Notes under the pieces: generated by a model | Told to the model about the DNA's origin: nothing | Seen by the model: the letters and a program-made list of their open reading frames with translations, nothing else | Databases searched by the model: none | Origin: Lama glama | Taxonomy: Eukaryota | DNA length: 64,000 nt | Reading direction: 5' to 3' | Assembly (NCBI GenBank): GCA_028534125.1 | Contig: CM052832.1 | Span: 22,694,001 to 22,758,000 of the forward strand | Shown: one piece after another, positions 39,421-52,574 of the stretch | Position numbering within the stretch: the stretch's first letter is position 1 | Layout: the number at the start of each line of letters is the position of its first letter | Position numbers and translations under genes: made by a program

Positions 39421-42400
39421 TTTTAGGAAGGACACTAAACTGCATTTTTGGTATAACTTTCTCCATGTATGTTTGTGTGCGAATAGGTGGGTGGATATAT
39501 GTGTCTGTATATGTGTGCGTACATGTGTGTGTTCATGTACACAGATAAATGCAAATGCATCTCTAAACCCGAAGGTAATCTGAACTATTAAAATGATTGC
39601 TTTCTGTCAGATCAGTTGTGTTAGCAAAGATATGCGGCTGTATTAGAAAGGTACCAGGTGTCTTGCTTTTATCATTGGCATCTAGGTTCCCTGGAGTCGA
39701 TAGTGATACTATATAAAATAAATATGAGTTTTCCCCAATAATACATATTTAATGCAATTTTATTGCCATAAGCAAATGGAGGACACTGAAATAAGGGAGA
39801 TTACAGTGTCTGAAGCTAAATTCATTTTACCTTAATGACTGAGTTGTTGATTATTTTTTTTCTTTTGAGTTGGTTATTTTAACTCATAAGTTTGCCCAAG
39901 CAAATAGCCTGGGGTTTAATTTTCTATTTTTATCCCTTCCCATTTTTTTGCCAAACATGATTAAAAATCTAGTAAGTCAAACAAAAAAGAAAAAAGTAAG
40001 TGTGTGTTTTTATCTGACAAGCATCTCAAGAAATTGTTCTTCTCTAACTAGTAAACCTTTTTTTTTTCATTTTGAACTTTACATTTTGCATTTTGTATAT
40101 GGAAAGTGAGAGAGAGACAGACAGACAGACAAAGATTGAAAGGGGCTGGACCAAATATTCATCCCAGTGTCACTGAATAAGGAATGATGGAGAAGCAAAA
40201 ATGGGGACATTTCCATTTAGGAAGTAGAACATTTCCAGACTTGGAAATAGATCATCCTTCACAGCTAACGTTTATAGAACATCTAATATGTGCCCATCAT
40301 TTCTAATTTATTTTTGATGTTGAATACTTCATATAATCCTAGAAATAACCTGCCCATGGGTTTCTCTAACCTTTTCAAACACCGTAATGAATGTGGACCA
40401 CACCAAGGAAGTCGTTACATACAAAATTCTGCATTTGCGTTTGTAAGAGAGCGATTAGCTCCTGGAAGAACACTCACCAGTTACTAGTTATTCAAATATG
40501 TTTCTTGACAAAGCCGTAATAACAAGTGATCTAGAAATAATGTGGAAAATCTAGACCAAAAAAAAATCACCATTATGACATCAGTAACAAAATGTTTATT
40601 CATTAACAATACATTTCTCGTGAAAAGTTCTCGAACATATTGCTGCAGCCAAGGGCTCAAATGAACTTCATTCCAAATCTAATACTTGTGCACAGACTGT
40701 TAAGTCATCTTCCCTCATGTGTGTAATACGGTTTTCACTCTGGTGTGGTTTTCACTCTCTCCTTTTGTACACAATCGAATCACTCTGCAGATTCATAAAA
40801 ATAGCTGTTTCTTGCTCAGCTTGCAGTAGAAAATGATGTGTTTGTAGTTTCAGCAATGCTGATATTGTGTGAGTAATGTCTGTATTTGATCGTCTGGGTG
40901 CTTATTAGTAGAGGCAGAACGTTCAAATTTGCTTTTAAAAATTTACATGGAGCAGTTACCCCTTCGTTAGAGGCGGCTGGGGAGAAAGGGGAAACAGAAG
41001 ACCCTGGTTTATCTCTTTACACGGTGGCCTCTTCTGGACCATCCCCAGGATTAAATGAGATGTTGCAGCTCAGAGAGTTCGTTCTTAATATCTTCATTCG
41101 GCTAGTGGTTATGGTGAAATACAGCTAACTCTTAAATCACGGATATACAGAAACCACAGATAACCCCGGACCTTGTTTGAGACACTCCTTTTAATTTCTA
41201 ATACAGTTGATCTTTCTGCCAAAACCCTGAACAGCTTTTACTGTCCTGCCCTTCTTTTGCGGGCAGAGCGCAGCGCTCATGTGGAGAAAGATGGGTAAAA
41301 GTTAGGAATAAAGGGAAGGGAGAGGACTTCGCTATCTGGATAATCAGTCCCTGAACATTTTAACAGAGGGTCACCTAAGGACAGAACTTGGGAAGAACAA
41401 AGCTGGTGGTAACATTTATATCAGGAGTATGTCAGGAGAGCTAAGTGGAAACTAAGTTTAAAAGAGTGCAGCTGGACTCTGGAATTTTACTACTTTGCCC
41501 TTTAGAAGAAACAGGGAAATCACAGACAAAACAACAAAAATAAATCTGAAAAGTAACTTTCACTTGAAAAGAAGAAGTTGTCTTAGTTCTTTTTTTTACG
41601 CCATGTTTCTTTTGTTGAAATTTAACTAAGAAATGTGTATATAAAATATATAATATCCAATTCGCTACCTCCATAGAATGCTCATTGAAAACTCATTTTC
41701 CAGATCCCAAGAAATAATCAGTCAGCTGCTTTTATCCCTTATTTCCTTCACATATCTGTAACTAGTATCTGTATTTCTAGTATCCGTCTACTAAGACAGC
41801 TAATAAGAAATGAAAAATTCATATGCGTGATGGTTTTCTTTTTGTATAATTTGCCAGGCAGTTTTTCTGCTAAGCATCTTTACTGGCTGGAACATTTTTC
41901 TTGATGCACAATTGATTAATTGATTACAAGGTGACTGGTTTTATGTCATCTAGACATAGCCTTGTCTGTCTCTTGTCTTGAGTCTTGGCTCCCAGAAGCC
42001 TGATACTTCTGGAGCCATTTCAGAGTAAAAGAGAACTGGTTGAAACCTTGGACTTGAACCTTTCAGGAAAATCATTGCATTTGTGAATCAAGCCATCAGG
42101 TTGCTGTTGATTCAAAAACTGACGATAGGGAGACATGCCTGAAGAATTTGTGAAAAGCAGAGCAGCGTAGGCACAAAATTAAATCAAGTGAGATGAATGA
42201 AAGAGATTCATTCAGTAGGAGAAATCACAGTGGGAAGCAGCCCAGGTTTACATTGTACTTACACTTGCCTTGAAACTAAGGGACAAGAATCATAACATTT
42301 TTTGTTGTTTGATCACTTCTAGCCATTTTCTTATCCCTGTTTCTCTTGACAGAGGCAGCCGTACGTATAGGTATAGTGCCAAGCTGACTGGGAGAAAGAG

Positions 42401-44704
42401 CGTATGGAAGGAACAAAAAGTTACTGTCTCTCGTTACTCGGGAGCTCGCACAGCAGCGGGGTGACAGTGGTGCAGCCGGGCTGCCAGTCCAGGTGTCTTC
42501 CTCCCAACCTCCTGCTCGTTTTACACAGTAATGCTTTCTGACGTATTTCTTGTTGGGACCCAGAAATCGAGTTGGCTGTCTTTTTCATTTATTCATTTTC
42601 TTGTGGGGAGAAGAGAAAAAGCATAGTAGAGCAACAGATTGAGAGTAAGGGCTGTTGGCAGACGTCGAAGGGATGAATATCCAGTAAAAAGACAGCGGGT
42701 GCATTTCCCGCACGTCACTCACCCCGCCGCTCCGCAGGCTTCAGCTCCAGGCTCTTAACTGCCCTTTGTCCCTCAGTGACGGGTCAGCACTTCATTCTGC
42801 TGGTCTTCTTCCCCAAGTACTGTTTCGCCTCTTCCCCAGCTGTGAAAGTATCTCCCCAAACGGAAAATCCTCCAGAGGCAGGTGGAAATAAGCAGCCACG
42901 GTGGCTCAGTACTTCTCTGACACTATTTGGGAAGGTGACTCTGGAGGCTGTGTCTTTAACCCATCGTTGGTCTCGACCTGTACCTAATTCTTCATCAGCT
43001 TAGGAAAGCGACCAAGCTGGGCAGCATTTGGACCAGGTAGACGTTTTGAGAAGCAGTCCTGAATCCTGACTTGAGTAACGGCCTCAAACCTTTAGGGAAG
43101 CTGGCACCATTTGAAGTAAAAGGCCACTGGCAGAAAGAAAAAGAAAGAAGAGAAATAATTACAGGCAGAATGAGACCTTGAGTTGGACTCTGTCGCTCAT
43201 TCTCTCACCCCCCGAATGTTAAGAGGTGATACATTCAAGGATTTGGTCTGCCTACATAACTCCAGGGGCTCAAAGTCACCTACTGATTTGTACTAAATAA
43301 TTGGGCAGATCCACAGTCCATGCCCTGAATAGGAATGAGCAGTTTTTCTGTTTTTGTTTTTTTTTTTTCCAACAACCACATCTTGGTGCAGATTCTTGGC
43401 ATTTTTTTCTTTGTAGGAGTGGGAAAAAGATGCTGCAATGGAATGACAAAATAAGAAGGGAGGGCGGGAGGGGTTCTCTGGGCTCTGAAATCCAGAAGGA
43501 AGAAAATAATGCAACTGTCTTAGTAGACGCTTGTTAACACTAATCATTTAGAGCAGTTTCACAAAGATTAGTTTGGATTTGGTGTAAGCCTGTCTCAGAA
43601 GCAGAGTCATTTGTGTGGCTTGCCTGTGGGAACAGCTGCTGTTTAGTTACTTGATTGGGAGAATCGCACCCTCTTCCCCCATCCCCCATGGGCACTGAGA
43701 CTGTCTCACTGGGGCACTGGAATCAGAGTCAGAGTCTTCATATTTTATTCAAGCCAATTTACGGTCCATACAGAGTCTTTAAAGTGTGGCGAGACTGTAG
43801 CAGTACTGTTCATCTTTGGCTTAGAGATGTGACCTGGCAGGTTGAGGGGGGACCCTGCCAGTCTTGAAATAAAAGTTTCTGTCACTGCAAACGAGGAGAG
43901 GTCATCATACCTCTGGAGCGTATCCTGGCCCACTCAGCTAAACTCTCCAGATGTTCCTAGTGTGCTGGCACATCTGTCTGGTCTCCATGGTGTTGTCCAG
44001 GAACCCCACACAGAAACTTGAATGAACCAGAAGCTCACTGTTTGGAGGAAGGTCTCCCGTGACCTTGTCCTCATCGAGATGCTACTCCTGTGCCTGGTGA
44101 AGAGGCGTGGGCTGTGCCCAGGGAACCAGGACGTGCCTCCACACAAAGAGGCCCCTTTCCATGGGTGATGGGTCCTTAGGTGGGAACTTAATGCTCCAAG
44201 CTCTGGGGATAACTCCTAATTATCTAGATTTTCAAGTCGAAGATTCCTAGGTGTCAAAGAGTAACTGTTACAAAGATAACCAAAAACTGACGTGAACTTC
44301 ATCTCATCTCTCCTCCCCAAAACTTAAAAATTCCAGACTTGCTACATTAGGGTAAATCATGCAGAAACACTCCAGCTGTTCATTACTTTGTGAACGCTGA
44401 ATTCAGCATTCTCCCCACCCAACCCTACCACCCTTTTTTAAACTTTGTTTTTCAAGAGTGTAGTTCTAAAACGATGTGTCTGGGGTCAGAGACCTTATCT
44501 GTCTATAATTCTCTCCACATTCTAGCCTTTTTTCCTTCCACTACTCATTAAAAAAATTTTTTTTCCAACTGTAATATTTGGTTCAGCCCAGCTTCCAAAA
44601 CCCTTAGTCATCCCAAAGAAGATTCACATTGCATTTTCTAAAAGCACTGGCATCACGTGTTTCTCTCGGCACTGGGGATAAGAGGAACGTGCTAGTTTGT
44701 GGAG

Positions 44705-44960
44705 ACAGCAGTGCCGTGAAAAGTATGTGAGCTTTACCGTCAGATAGACCTGGTTCAAATCTAGCTTGACTCAAATCTATGACATTAAGCAAGTTATTCA
44801 TTTACTTTTCTAAGGCGTATTTTTTTCAACCATGAAAAGAGGGAGGAGAGATATAATAATCAAGCAAGAGGGTTGTGGAAGAAATAAACTAATATGTGTA
44901 ACTTGTGATACATAAAGTATACAATGTGTTTGGCCCATAGTGACAATCCAGTGCATTTTA
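44705..44960 (+). mobile_element. MIR SINE
   Basis: cagatagacctggttcaaatctagct...agcaagttattca. Confidence 0.75.
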
Positions 44961-45767
44961 GTATCCCTGCCGCTTTCTGTGTGGGAGATTGCTGACGCCA
45001 GATTTTTAGGCTGATGTCTGGACCACAAGTCTTGAGCTATTTTTTTGTTTCCAGGAGCTGGATTGTTCTTCAGTGCATATCTTTCTGAACAATTCACCAT
45101 AGGTGTCATCTCAATGACTTCCAAATTTTATTTTAACATATGCTAAGAAATCTCATAGAGTGTGACCCACTCCTCAGAAATTTACTTGCACATTTACACG
45201 TATAATTGAAGTGAAACTTTACCTCAACAGTATTTACTTTTACTATGGGCAGTATACTCTGCTATTTTCTGTTCTGTTTTCTTTTAAAAGAACACTTGGT
45301 CAGTGCCACTTGATTGACTATATGACTGACCATTTGAAAAGCAGTCATCTACGCCAGTAAACCCATACTGAAGACATAGAACTTGAAATCTAGAACTTTT
45401 CCTTTTCTGCCTCATATTTCTGTCTGGTCACTCTAAATACGATCTCTGTGATCTATTATTACTGCTTATCCATAAATACTGTCCCTGAAGGGTTTTGGAG
45501 TTTAAATCAACGTGTTCTTTATCATGGGCTGATTTCCTAATAAATTTCAGGGTGCCCAGCAGAACCCACTTAAGGTGCTGACCTGAAAGTTGTCCATGCT
45601 GTCAGTCCAGTACCCTGAGTCTTGGTACGTGGTCTGACATGTCACCCAGGGCTGTTCGTGTACCCTGACCTTGCGAATAACACAGTGATGTAATGAGTCT
45701 GAGTCGTCTTTTCTCGAGAGAAACATTTGGCAAAAACCATGAAAACAACTTCATACTTCCATTGTTC

Positions 45768-46283
45768 TGTTACCGAGCAGGGGCTTAGGTGCCCGCAGGG
45801 CAAAAAGCCAAGCAGTGGGTGTTTGCAGCAAAGTAAGAGTTTATCTGCCGGGCGCCAAGCAAGGAGAATGGGCAGCTCATGCTCAGAAGACCTAACTCCC
45901 CGGTGGCTTTCGCAAGGGTTTTTAAAGATAGTGTTAGGGGAGAGGGTCCTAGGATGCCTGATCAGCTCATGATTCTTCTGATTGGTTGGTGGTGAGGTAC
46001 CAGGGTGATGTCCTGAATCTTAATCATCAACTTTCTGGTTCCAGCCAGTCTTGGGTCTACTGGGTCTACGTGCTTGTGGTCAGTGTGTAGTCACATCCTC
46101 TACCTGGGTGGGGTCTTAAGTTTCTGCAGAACAACTCAAAAGTGTGCAGCAGATTGTTACCTACTGCCTTTCTGGAGAAACTGGGAGTCCTGAGACTCTC
46201 TTGCTCTGAGGTTGCCTGCTTGAGTCTTGCTCTTCGGCACTCCAGGAAGGCTTGGGAGAAACGGGACATGGAGGAGCTTTTGT
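45768..46283 (-). mobile_element. Solo LTR of a second ERV1-like family
   Basis: Starts tgttaccgag; contains gccaagcaaggagaatgggcagctcatgctca and ttctgattggttgg (CCAAT on minus). Right end uncertain. Confidence 0.7.
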
Positions 46284-46489
46284 AATACTTGAAATGTCAA
46301 TTTATTTTGAAAAATCTACGTGACTGCTGGATTCTACTCTACACGTAGCTTGAGATGAATTATTAACTAAATGACTTAATTCTGGTTTTGTTTTCTCTTC
46401 CTTTCTTTTATTGAATTATGCAGTGGGTGTCCTTGTCCCTGGAACTCTGATGAGTTCTCCTGGTGAGACACATGTCTCTGGTTGGGAAA

Positions 46490-46690
46490 CGTGGGAAGAG
46501 CCTGGGTTGTTGGCTCTGACTCAGATCAGGGTTTAATCCTGCCTCTCTCATTGACCGCTCTGTGAACAGGGCAAGGGGCTTTATTTCTCAAGTCTTCAGC
46601 TTCCTTATAACCAAGGGCTAAGAATAAAATGGTCGTGAGGATTAAGGGGACCATGAACATAAAGTGTTCAGCATTTTAAATGTAGCCAAT
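46490..46690 (+). mobile_element. MIR SINE
   Basis: aatcctgcctct...gggcaag...tcagcttccttata...gtgaggattaa. Confidence 0.7.
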
Positions 46691-47590
46691 ATATAAATGT
46701 TGATCTGTTTCCTTGTCTTTTTTTCTTTCTTGTAGTGAAGTTGCTGGAGTGAGAAGTGTGAAATTCTGTTTGGTTGGATTATATTTGTTTTTAAATGAAT
46801 CAGGGTGTTAGATGTTCTGACCATGAGTCGTAAATTATTTTGATAGCTTATAATCCATAGACCCTGTAAGCATATATGGTTATAAACTGATTTCCAGGGA
46901 CTTTTTTAATATTAACATTAGCTGGTAAGAAAAACTAGCTCATGGGATGGAACTGACAGGCCCATCACTGGTGATAAAATGTGGATTTCAAACACACACT
47001 TACTTTTTCTGGGTAATAATTATTGGGTCAAGTAACTCCTAAGAATAGATATATTTAATTATTCAGATTTATTCATTATTACTCATCAAAATCCCAGCTG
47101 TGCTTTTGGCACTTGCATCTCTACAAGGTGATACAGTGTGTCAGATTCATCCTGTTAGAGGCAAGTCGTCAACCTTGTTTCGTATCACGGTGGTCTCACT
47201 TTCGGAGCCATTCAGTTGCCTGCCTAGTCAGGAAAGATGATGCAGAGAGAAGAGAATTGTACCTGTGTCCCCAGCTGGGTTAGCTCATCCACTGTGACTT
47301 CTGGAGACATTTCCATGAAAGGAAAAATCTTTGGTTCTTGGGATGTCCATCACGTTGATCTGTATTGTTCTTCTGAGAATAATTAATAACTCAGGGTCAA
47401 AGACAGATCAAAAGGAAAAAGGCTTATTCTGGTCCCAGTTAAACACATTTTCTCTTACTACTTCCAGTGTCACAGAGGCTAGAGCATGTGACCATGGTCT
47501 GTACTCATACGCGTATCACGGCAGATGCTGCTCTGAAATTCCACCTTCTTCTTTCTCTCCACCCTGTCTTCCAGGAGAAAAGAAATAATA

Positions 47591-47729
47591 TTTTTTAAAC
47601 AATTTTTATTGAGTCATAGTCATTTTATAATTTTGTGTCAAATTCCAGTGTAGAGCACAATTTTTCAGTTATACATGAACATACATACATTCATTGTCAC
47701 ATTTTGTGTGTGTGTATGAGCTGCCACAA
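47591..47729 (-). mobile_element. Short camelid-type L1 3' tail with TSD
   Basis: TSD gagaaaagaaataata (47575-47590) / gagaaaagaagtaata (47730-47745); body ttattgagtcatagtcatttt...ccagtgtagagcacaatttttcagttatacatgaac. Confidence 0.9.
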
Positions 47730-48749
47730 GAGAAAAGAAGTAATATTTGAAAGAAGCAGCAAAGACTATTCCAGTTTTTCCAAGCTTATCTTTTTCTTCT
47801 TTTAATCTTTTCTAGATTTCTCTTATGCTCTGTGTAATTGACCATGTGCTCATTCGTAGGACAGGATCAGATAACGTTAGCGCGAAGACCATCCATTAGT
47901 CAATATTGAAAATTCCTGTTAGGGAAGAACAGATAACGAGGAAAAGTCGCTTCCCCTTGACACCCGTACATAGGGATGACCCTTTGTGATTCTGAAGGGG
48001 GTGCCAGGATGTGGACACTGCAGATTCAAATATATCAGGAAGGCTGGTGATGAGCTAAGACCATGGAACCTAAAAGAAATCAGTGGTGTAGGAAACTTTC
48101 CCCAGGAACGTAGTCAGTGTGCAGCGAGTGAAATGAAGGAGTACTGTGAGTACATACGGCTTATGCACAGTGTTCAGGTCGTCCTCAAGTCCTGCTCGAT
48201 TACCCTGCAGATTTTTTTTCCCCAGAGCTTTAGGTAGAGAAGGCGCTGGAAGATGAAAACAGAGCCAGTTACAAAGAGAAACAAAGAATTCCACAGCTGT
48301 CTGTTAGGATGTGGGGCACTCAAGAAGCCCCAGAGAAGTAGAGGTAAAAGGCGTTTCTCCCCTTCAGGGAGAGGACCACTGAAGCCAGCTGGAGCACGGA
48401 GAAGCTGGAATGTGTGGATCTCACACGTGGGAGGCAGCAGCCAGGTGGGAGCACAGCAGGCTCGGCCCTAATGGACCACTGATGTGGCCACAGAGCCCGC
48501 TCTAGGGTCAGGAGCAAGACGGAAGAGCTGGGGAAGTAGAGGCCTTGTGTCTCATGCTGGTGCTCCTGGGGCTGGAATCAGGGCCCCAGGGATGGTTATT
48601 CAAAGTGAAGATGTGCTGGTAAGACTAGAGGTGGAGGAGCTGGTGGCAGGGCTGAGTTGTGGAGAGAAGGGCGTAGCCTGTATTGCTGGTGGTCATGAAA
48701 ATTTCTTCACGCTTATGGAAAACTATTACAGAAACATCTGTTTTAAAAA

Positions 48750-49200
48750 ATACACGTACGTATTGACCTGGCCATTTCTTCTGGGTCCTCATCACATCCT
48801 AGAAATAAAAGCACCTGTATGTATGGATATTAGATGTCCAGAAATAATTTAGAGGGAATTAGTTTAAAACTAAGATGTTTAAAAAGACAGTAGAAGGATG
48901 TCTATTAATAGCTGTGTTTGTGGTGCCAAGAAATTGTGAGAAACCTGAATACTCATGATTAGGGAAGTGGTGGAATAAACCGTGGTATGGTCATATAATG
49001 AAATGTTTTGGAGCTTTTAAAAGGAGTGAGCTGTATCTGTATTTATTGACCAGGGATTATTGCTAGACTGTACTGTTAGGAGAGTGCAAAGCAAAACAAA
49101 AAGAAATATCTGCACTGTGATTCCTTAAACCAGGCCTGTGATGCTAAGAGCATGGAGAAAGTTGTCAAAAGGATACATATGAGGCTGTTTATTTTGGTGG
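48750..49200 (+). mobile_element. L1ME-like 3' remnant
   Basis: gaataaaccgtggtatggtcatataatgaaat...aaaaggagtgagctgtatctgtat. Confidence 0.6.
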
Positions 49201-49297
49201 TGTTACCGAGTCCAAATAAATTGGGAGACGAGGTGCTGGGGCAAGGAATAATTCCAGTTTTATTCGGAAGGCAGGCAGACTGAGAAGATGGGGGACC
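49201..49297 (-). mobile_element. Truncated third copy of the 321/7319 LTR family
   Basis: tgttaccgagtccaaa...gggagacgaggtgctggggcaaggaata...tttattcggaag...gcagactgagaagatggggg. Confidence 0.85.
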
Positions 49298-50675
49298 AGG
49301 ACACCCCCACCTTCTCTCAGGTTCTCCCTTCAGCATCCACAGCAACCTGCCCATCTCCCACTGTCCTGAACAGATGTGAAGTGTTGTCATACTAAGGTGC
49401 TTTCAACTTACTGAAATTATGACAGGCTTTTTTTTTTTTTTCAGTAGAAGAGTGTTGTTCCTTTCCTCATTACTCCGCACGCTTACCGCTCAGAATACTC
49501 GTGTTCTGGGCATATGCTGGCACAAATACACAGACATACTGACTTCCAAAGTGGCATATTTTTGCACTCCTTGACATCTGCTTATGTTGGTTAAACACAC
49601 AGCTCTTCTGTTCGTGTTTCACCGTGGTCGGAAAACACACTTGAACGTGTCAAAGCCCGTCTCGTGTGCTCCTTAGCAATCGACGGAAATCATCGCAGGC
49701 GCAGCTGGGGGTGCTCGGTGGGACGAGACCATCCTTTGTTGCGCTGGTGGGTGGCCAAGGGACAGGGTCATCCTTTCTCATGCCTCCTCCCCTTCTCTCT
49801 CTCTTTCTATCGGTTTTTTGTTCCTTAAGAAAAATCAGATCCGCTTTTCTGTCAAGACTGAAGTAAATGAGAAACAAATCAAGATTGATTTCTCACTAAG
49901 GACAAATTGAGGCATAAAAGTTGAGACTCTTTTTCACTCTTCTTACCATTTAGTTATCAATCTATGGAATAACATGGGTGCTCTGATTGTATACATTTGA
50001 GGACAGGACGTACATCATGGGGCCGTAGCTGGGCTATTGAGCGTAAATGTCACATGTTCTGAATTGAGAACACCTACATTTATCGCTCTAACACAGCGTC
50101 ATCCCTGGCTTTTACACACAGAGGGTGGCACAGTTTCCTTTCATTTTCTCCATTTGCATGTTGAAATTCTATTCAGGACTAGCCTTCATTTACATGTATA
50201 CATTCAAATGGTCGTTGGATTCTTTTCACAGCGTTGCATTTTAGGAGGCAGGCTACCTTCATTCATATTTCATTGCAAAGAGATTACCATTACTCTTAGG
50301 TATTTTAAAATATGAGCAGCGGTTGCTTACAAAACAAAAAAAAAATTAAACAACCTAAAACACACAGAAACAACCCATCAAATTCGGATGACTGGAAGTA
50401 TGGCTGGAAGGTTACAGCTCCTGTCCGAACTGAACCCTTCAGCAATGATCGCATTGCCTTTAATTCTGTAAGTGACAGTCCCCCAGCAGGCTGCACTCTT
50501 CTGATCACCCACACATCCTCTCTGTAATTGGCTGCCGATGAAACTCTCATCACAGACAGCCTTGTGAGCTCTGGGGAAGAACGGTACAGGCAACACATCA
50601 AAAGGTCCAACATGGAAAAGGAATGAAAGGCCCTCGCAGCCTGCCGCCTCCTGGTAGTTGAAGAGCAGGAGAATC

Positions 50676-50710
50676 TGTGTGTGCATGTGCACGTGTGTGT
50701 GCACGCACAC
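50676..50710. repeat. 35-bp perfect alternating purine-pyrimidine tract
   Basis: tgtgtgtgcatgtgcacgtgtgtgtgcacgcacac. Confidence 0.9.
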
Positions 50711-51683
50711 CGCAGCGCCTCTGCTGAGGACCGCCAAGTGAGGGGAAAGTCGTCAGGTGGGAGCACAGAGATGCTCTGAGACAGAAGCAGTTGAGTGGAT
50801 GCACACTGGCAAAGAGCACCAGCTCAGAATAACTTGCTCATCTTTAGATGAAATCTGCCAGTGCTGCCACCAAACACCTATGCGTGCAGTTATCCTCCCG
50901 GTCAGAGTTACCAGCTGATTTGGTCACTACAGTCCAGGGGCTCTGAGGCTTTGACTTCTGCCTTTCCTTTAAATCGAAAGGTGTGATGAGGAGTGGAAGC
51001 ATTTGTCATTGGGATTCTGATTTCCAAGGGGGTGTGAGAGCATAGGAAAGTATGAAGAAAATCGCTCTTAGAACCAGGATTTGATCCTAGGTTTCTTGAT
51101 TCTCGGCTGTGTAACGTGAGGGGAACGATCCATCTTGCAGTGAACAGTTGGCTCAGCCATTAAATGGAGACAGTGATATCTGCTCCATAGGGTTTTCTGT
51201 GGACTGAGGAGCTCAGGGTGGCAAGCGCCATGTGAGACCGTGCCCGTTTCTCAGCCGACGGTGAGCTGTGGTTGCAGGTGGTGTCCCTGCCTGTCGTGAG
51301 GGTACACTGTGGCGGCGCAGAAGAAGTAGACTCGCCTTAGCCTGGCCTCGGGGCTGACTGGAGCAGGGCTGGACAGTCGATGTCATCTCTCTTGTCCTCT
51401 TTATAAGGAAAAGAGGAAGAAACATCTTCCCCGCGTGGAGCAGAAGCACGGAGCATCAGGAAGAAATGTCACCCGTACAAAGTACACTCCGTCAGTGTGT
51501 GGTGTGTCTCTTGCTCACGGTCACCTTGCTTACGGGCTTCTCTTCCTGACCCCAGTTCTAATCCCAGAAACATGCTCTGCTCGTCCACAGAGTTCTATAG
51601 AATGGGATGGCCTCCCTTTATAAAGGGGGCAGAAATGACGACCGTTGTCCTTTGCTCATAATAATAGTTTCCAGTTTCCTCTT

Positions 51684-52574
51684 TGAAGTGGGAGCTCTGT
51701 GCTACGCAGGTCATCCCCTTGGGGGCCAAGGCACTTACTCCCTTTGCTTGCCCAGAGTGTCTGCTGCTGATGGCTCACAGCTGAGTCTCTCTGGGACTTT
51801 CTCTCAGCCAACAAGGGCTGACTCACCCATGTTGTGTCCCTTTCTTGTGGCAGCCTTTATCCAGTGACTCATGGATGCAGGCTGTAACTGGTTAGTCCTA
51901 TTGCCTCAACATGGGGCAGCCCTGAAGGGCCGTCCCGGGTCCTGCTGTGAGATCACACAGTCCCTTCACTGGAACCACACGGCAGTCCAGCTTTCCCTTC
52001 TGCCTCCCTCCTTTGTTGAATCACTGACGGAAATTATTCCAAGAAGCACTCAAGTGTCAGTCAGGGTCCTCCAAGGAGCAGGTGACAAACTAGAATTAGA
52101 CATGCAGATCCGTACTGGAGGGGGAAATGCTGTGAGAACGAGCGAGCAGGGAAGGCAGGAGAGCCCCCGTCTGCGCTGCAACTCTGAGTCCTCTGAAAGG
52201 AGAGAGGAAGGGAAGTGGGGTTGAGCAGGAAAAGCCTCAAACTGCAGTATAACCCTGAAAACGTCTCAGCCAGGCTGAGGAGGGGCCCCAGAGCAATGAC
52301 TGCCCATGAGAAGAGTCCTGAGTTGGGCAGAGAAATTCTGCTGTGGTGAGTCACTGCTTTGGCAAACCCAAAGAGTCCATGGTCACAGTGGGAACGCTGG
52401 GACAGAATGGACGGTGTGGCATCTGGAGGCTCTCATTGAACCTCTTTCCTTGCAGCAGGTGGTTTTGTGGGTAGATCGGAGAGGACAGTTCCACAGTCAC
52501 TACATTTCCTTGATTATCTTCCTGCAGTGAAACTCTCCATCTGAGGCATTTTTCAGGCAACCTGATCTAAGACA
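51684..52574 (+). mobile_element. LTR16-like ERVL 5' LTR with a nested element
   Basis: Ends aacctgatctaagaca and is followed directly by a PBS-like sequence; start approximate. Confidence 0.7.
52055..52490 (-). mobile_element. LTR40-like LTR nested in the LTR16-like element
   Basis: agtcagggtcctcc...gaaggcaggagagcc...ctgaaaggagagaggaagg...cctcaaactgcagt resembles LTR40 in reverse. Confidence 0.55.

Noticed and set aside
42194..42214. 8-bp inverted repeat (similar one at 26398-26421)
   Set aside because: Stems this short are expected by chance in 64 kb of AT-rich DNA.
50312..50527. DDWKY peptide reminiscent of nicotinic receptors, with a nearby gtaagt donor
   Set aside because: Similarity limited to five residues, no following hydrophobic segment and no good acceptor.
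50712..50731. Possible CTCF site
   Set aside because: Spacing is one base short of the core consensus and aligns poorly.
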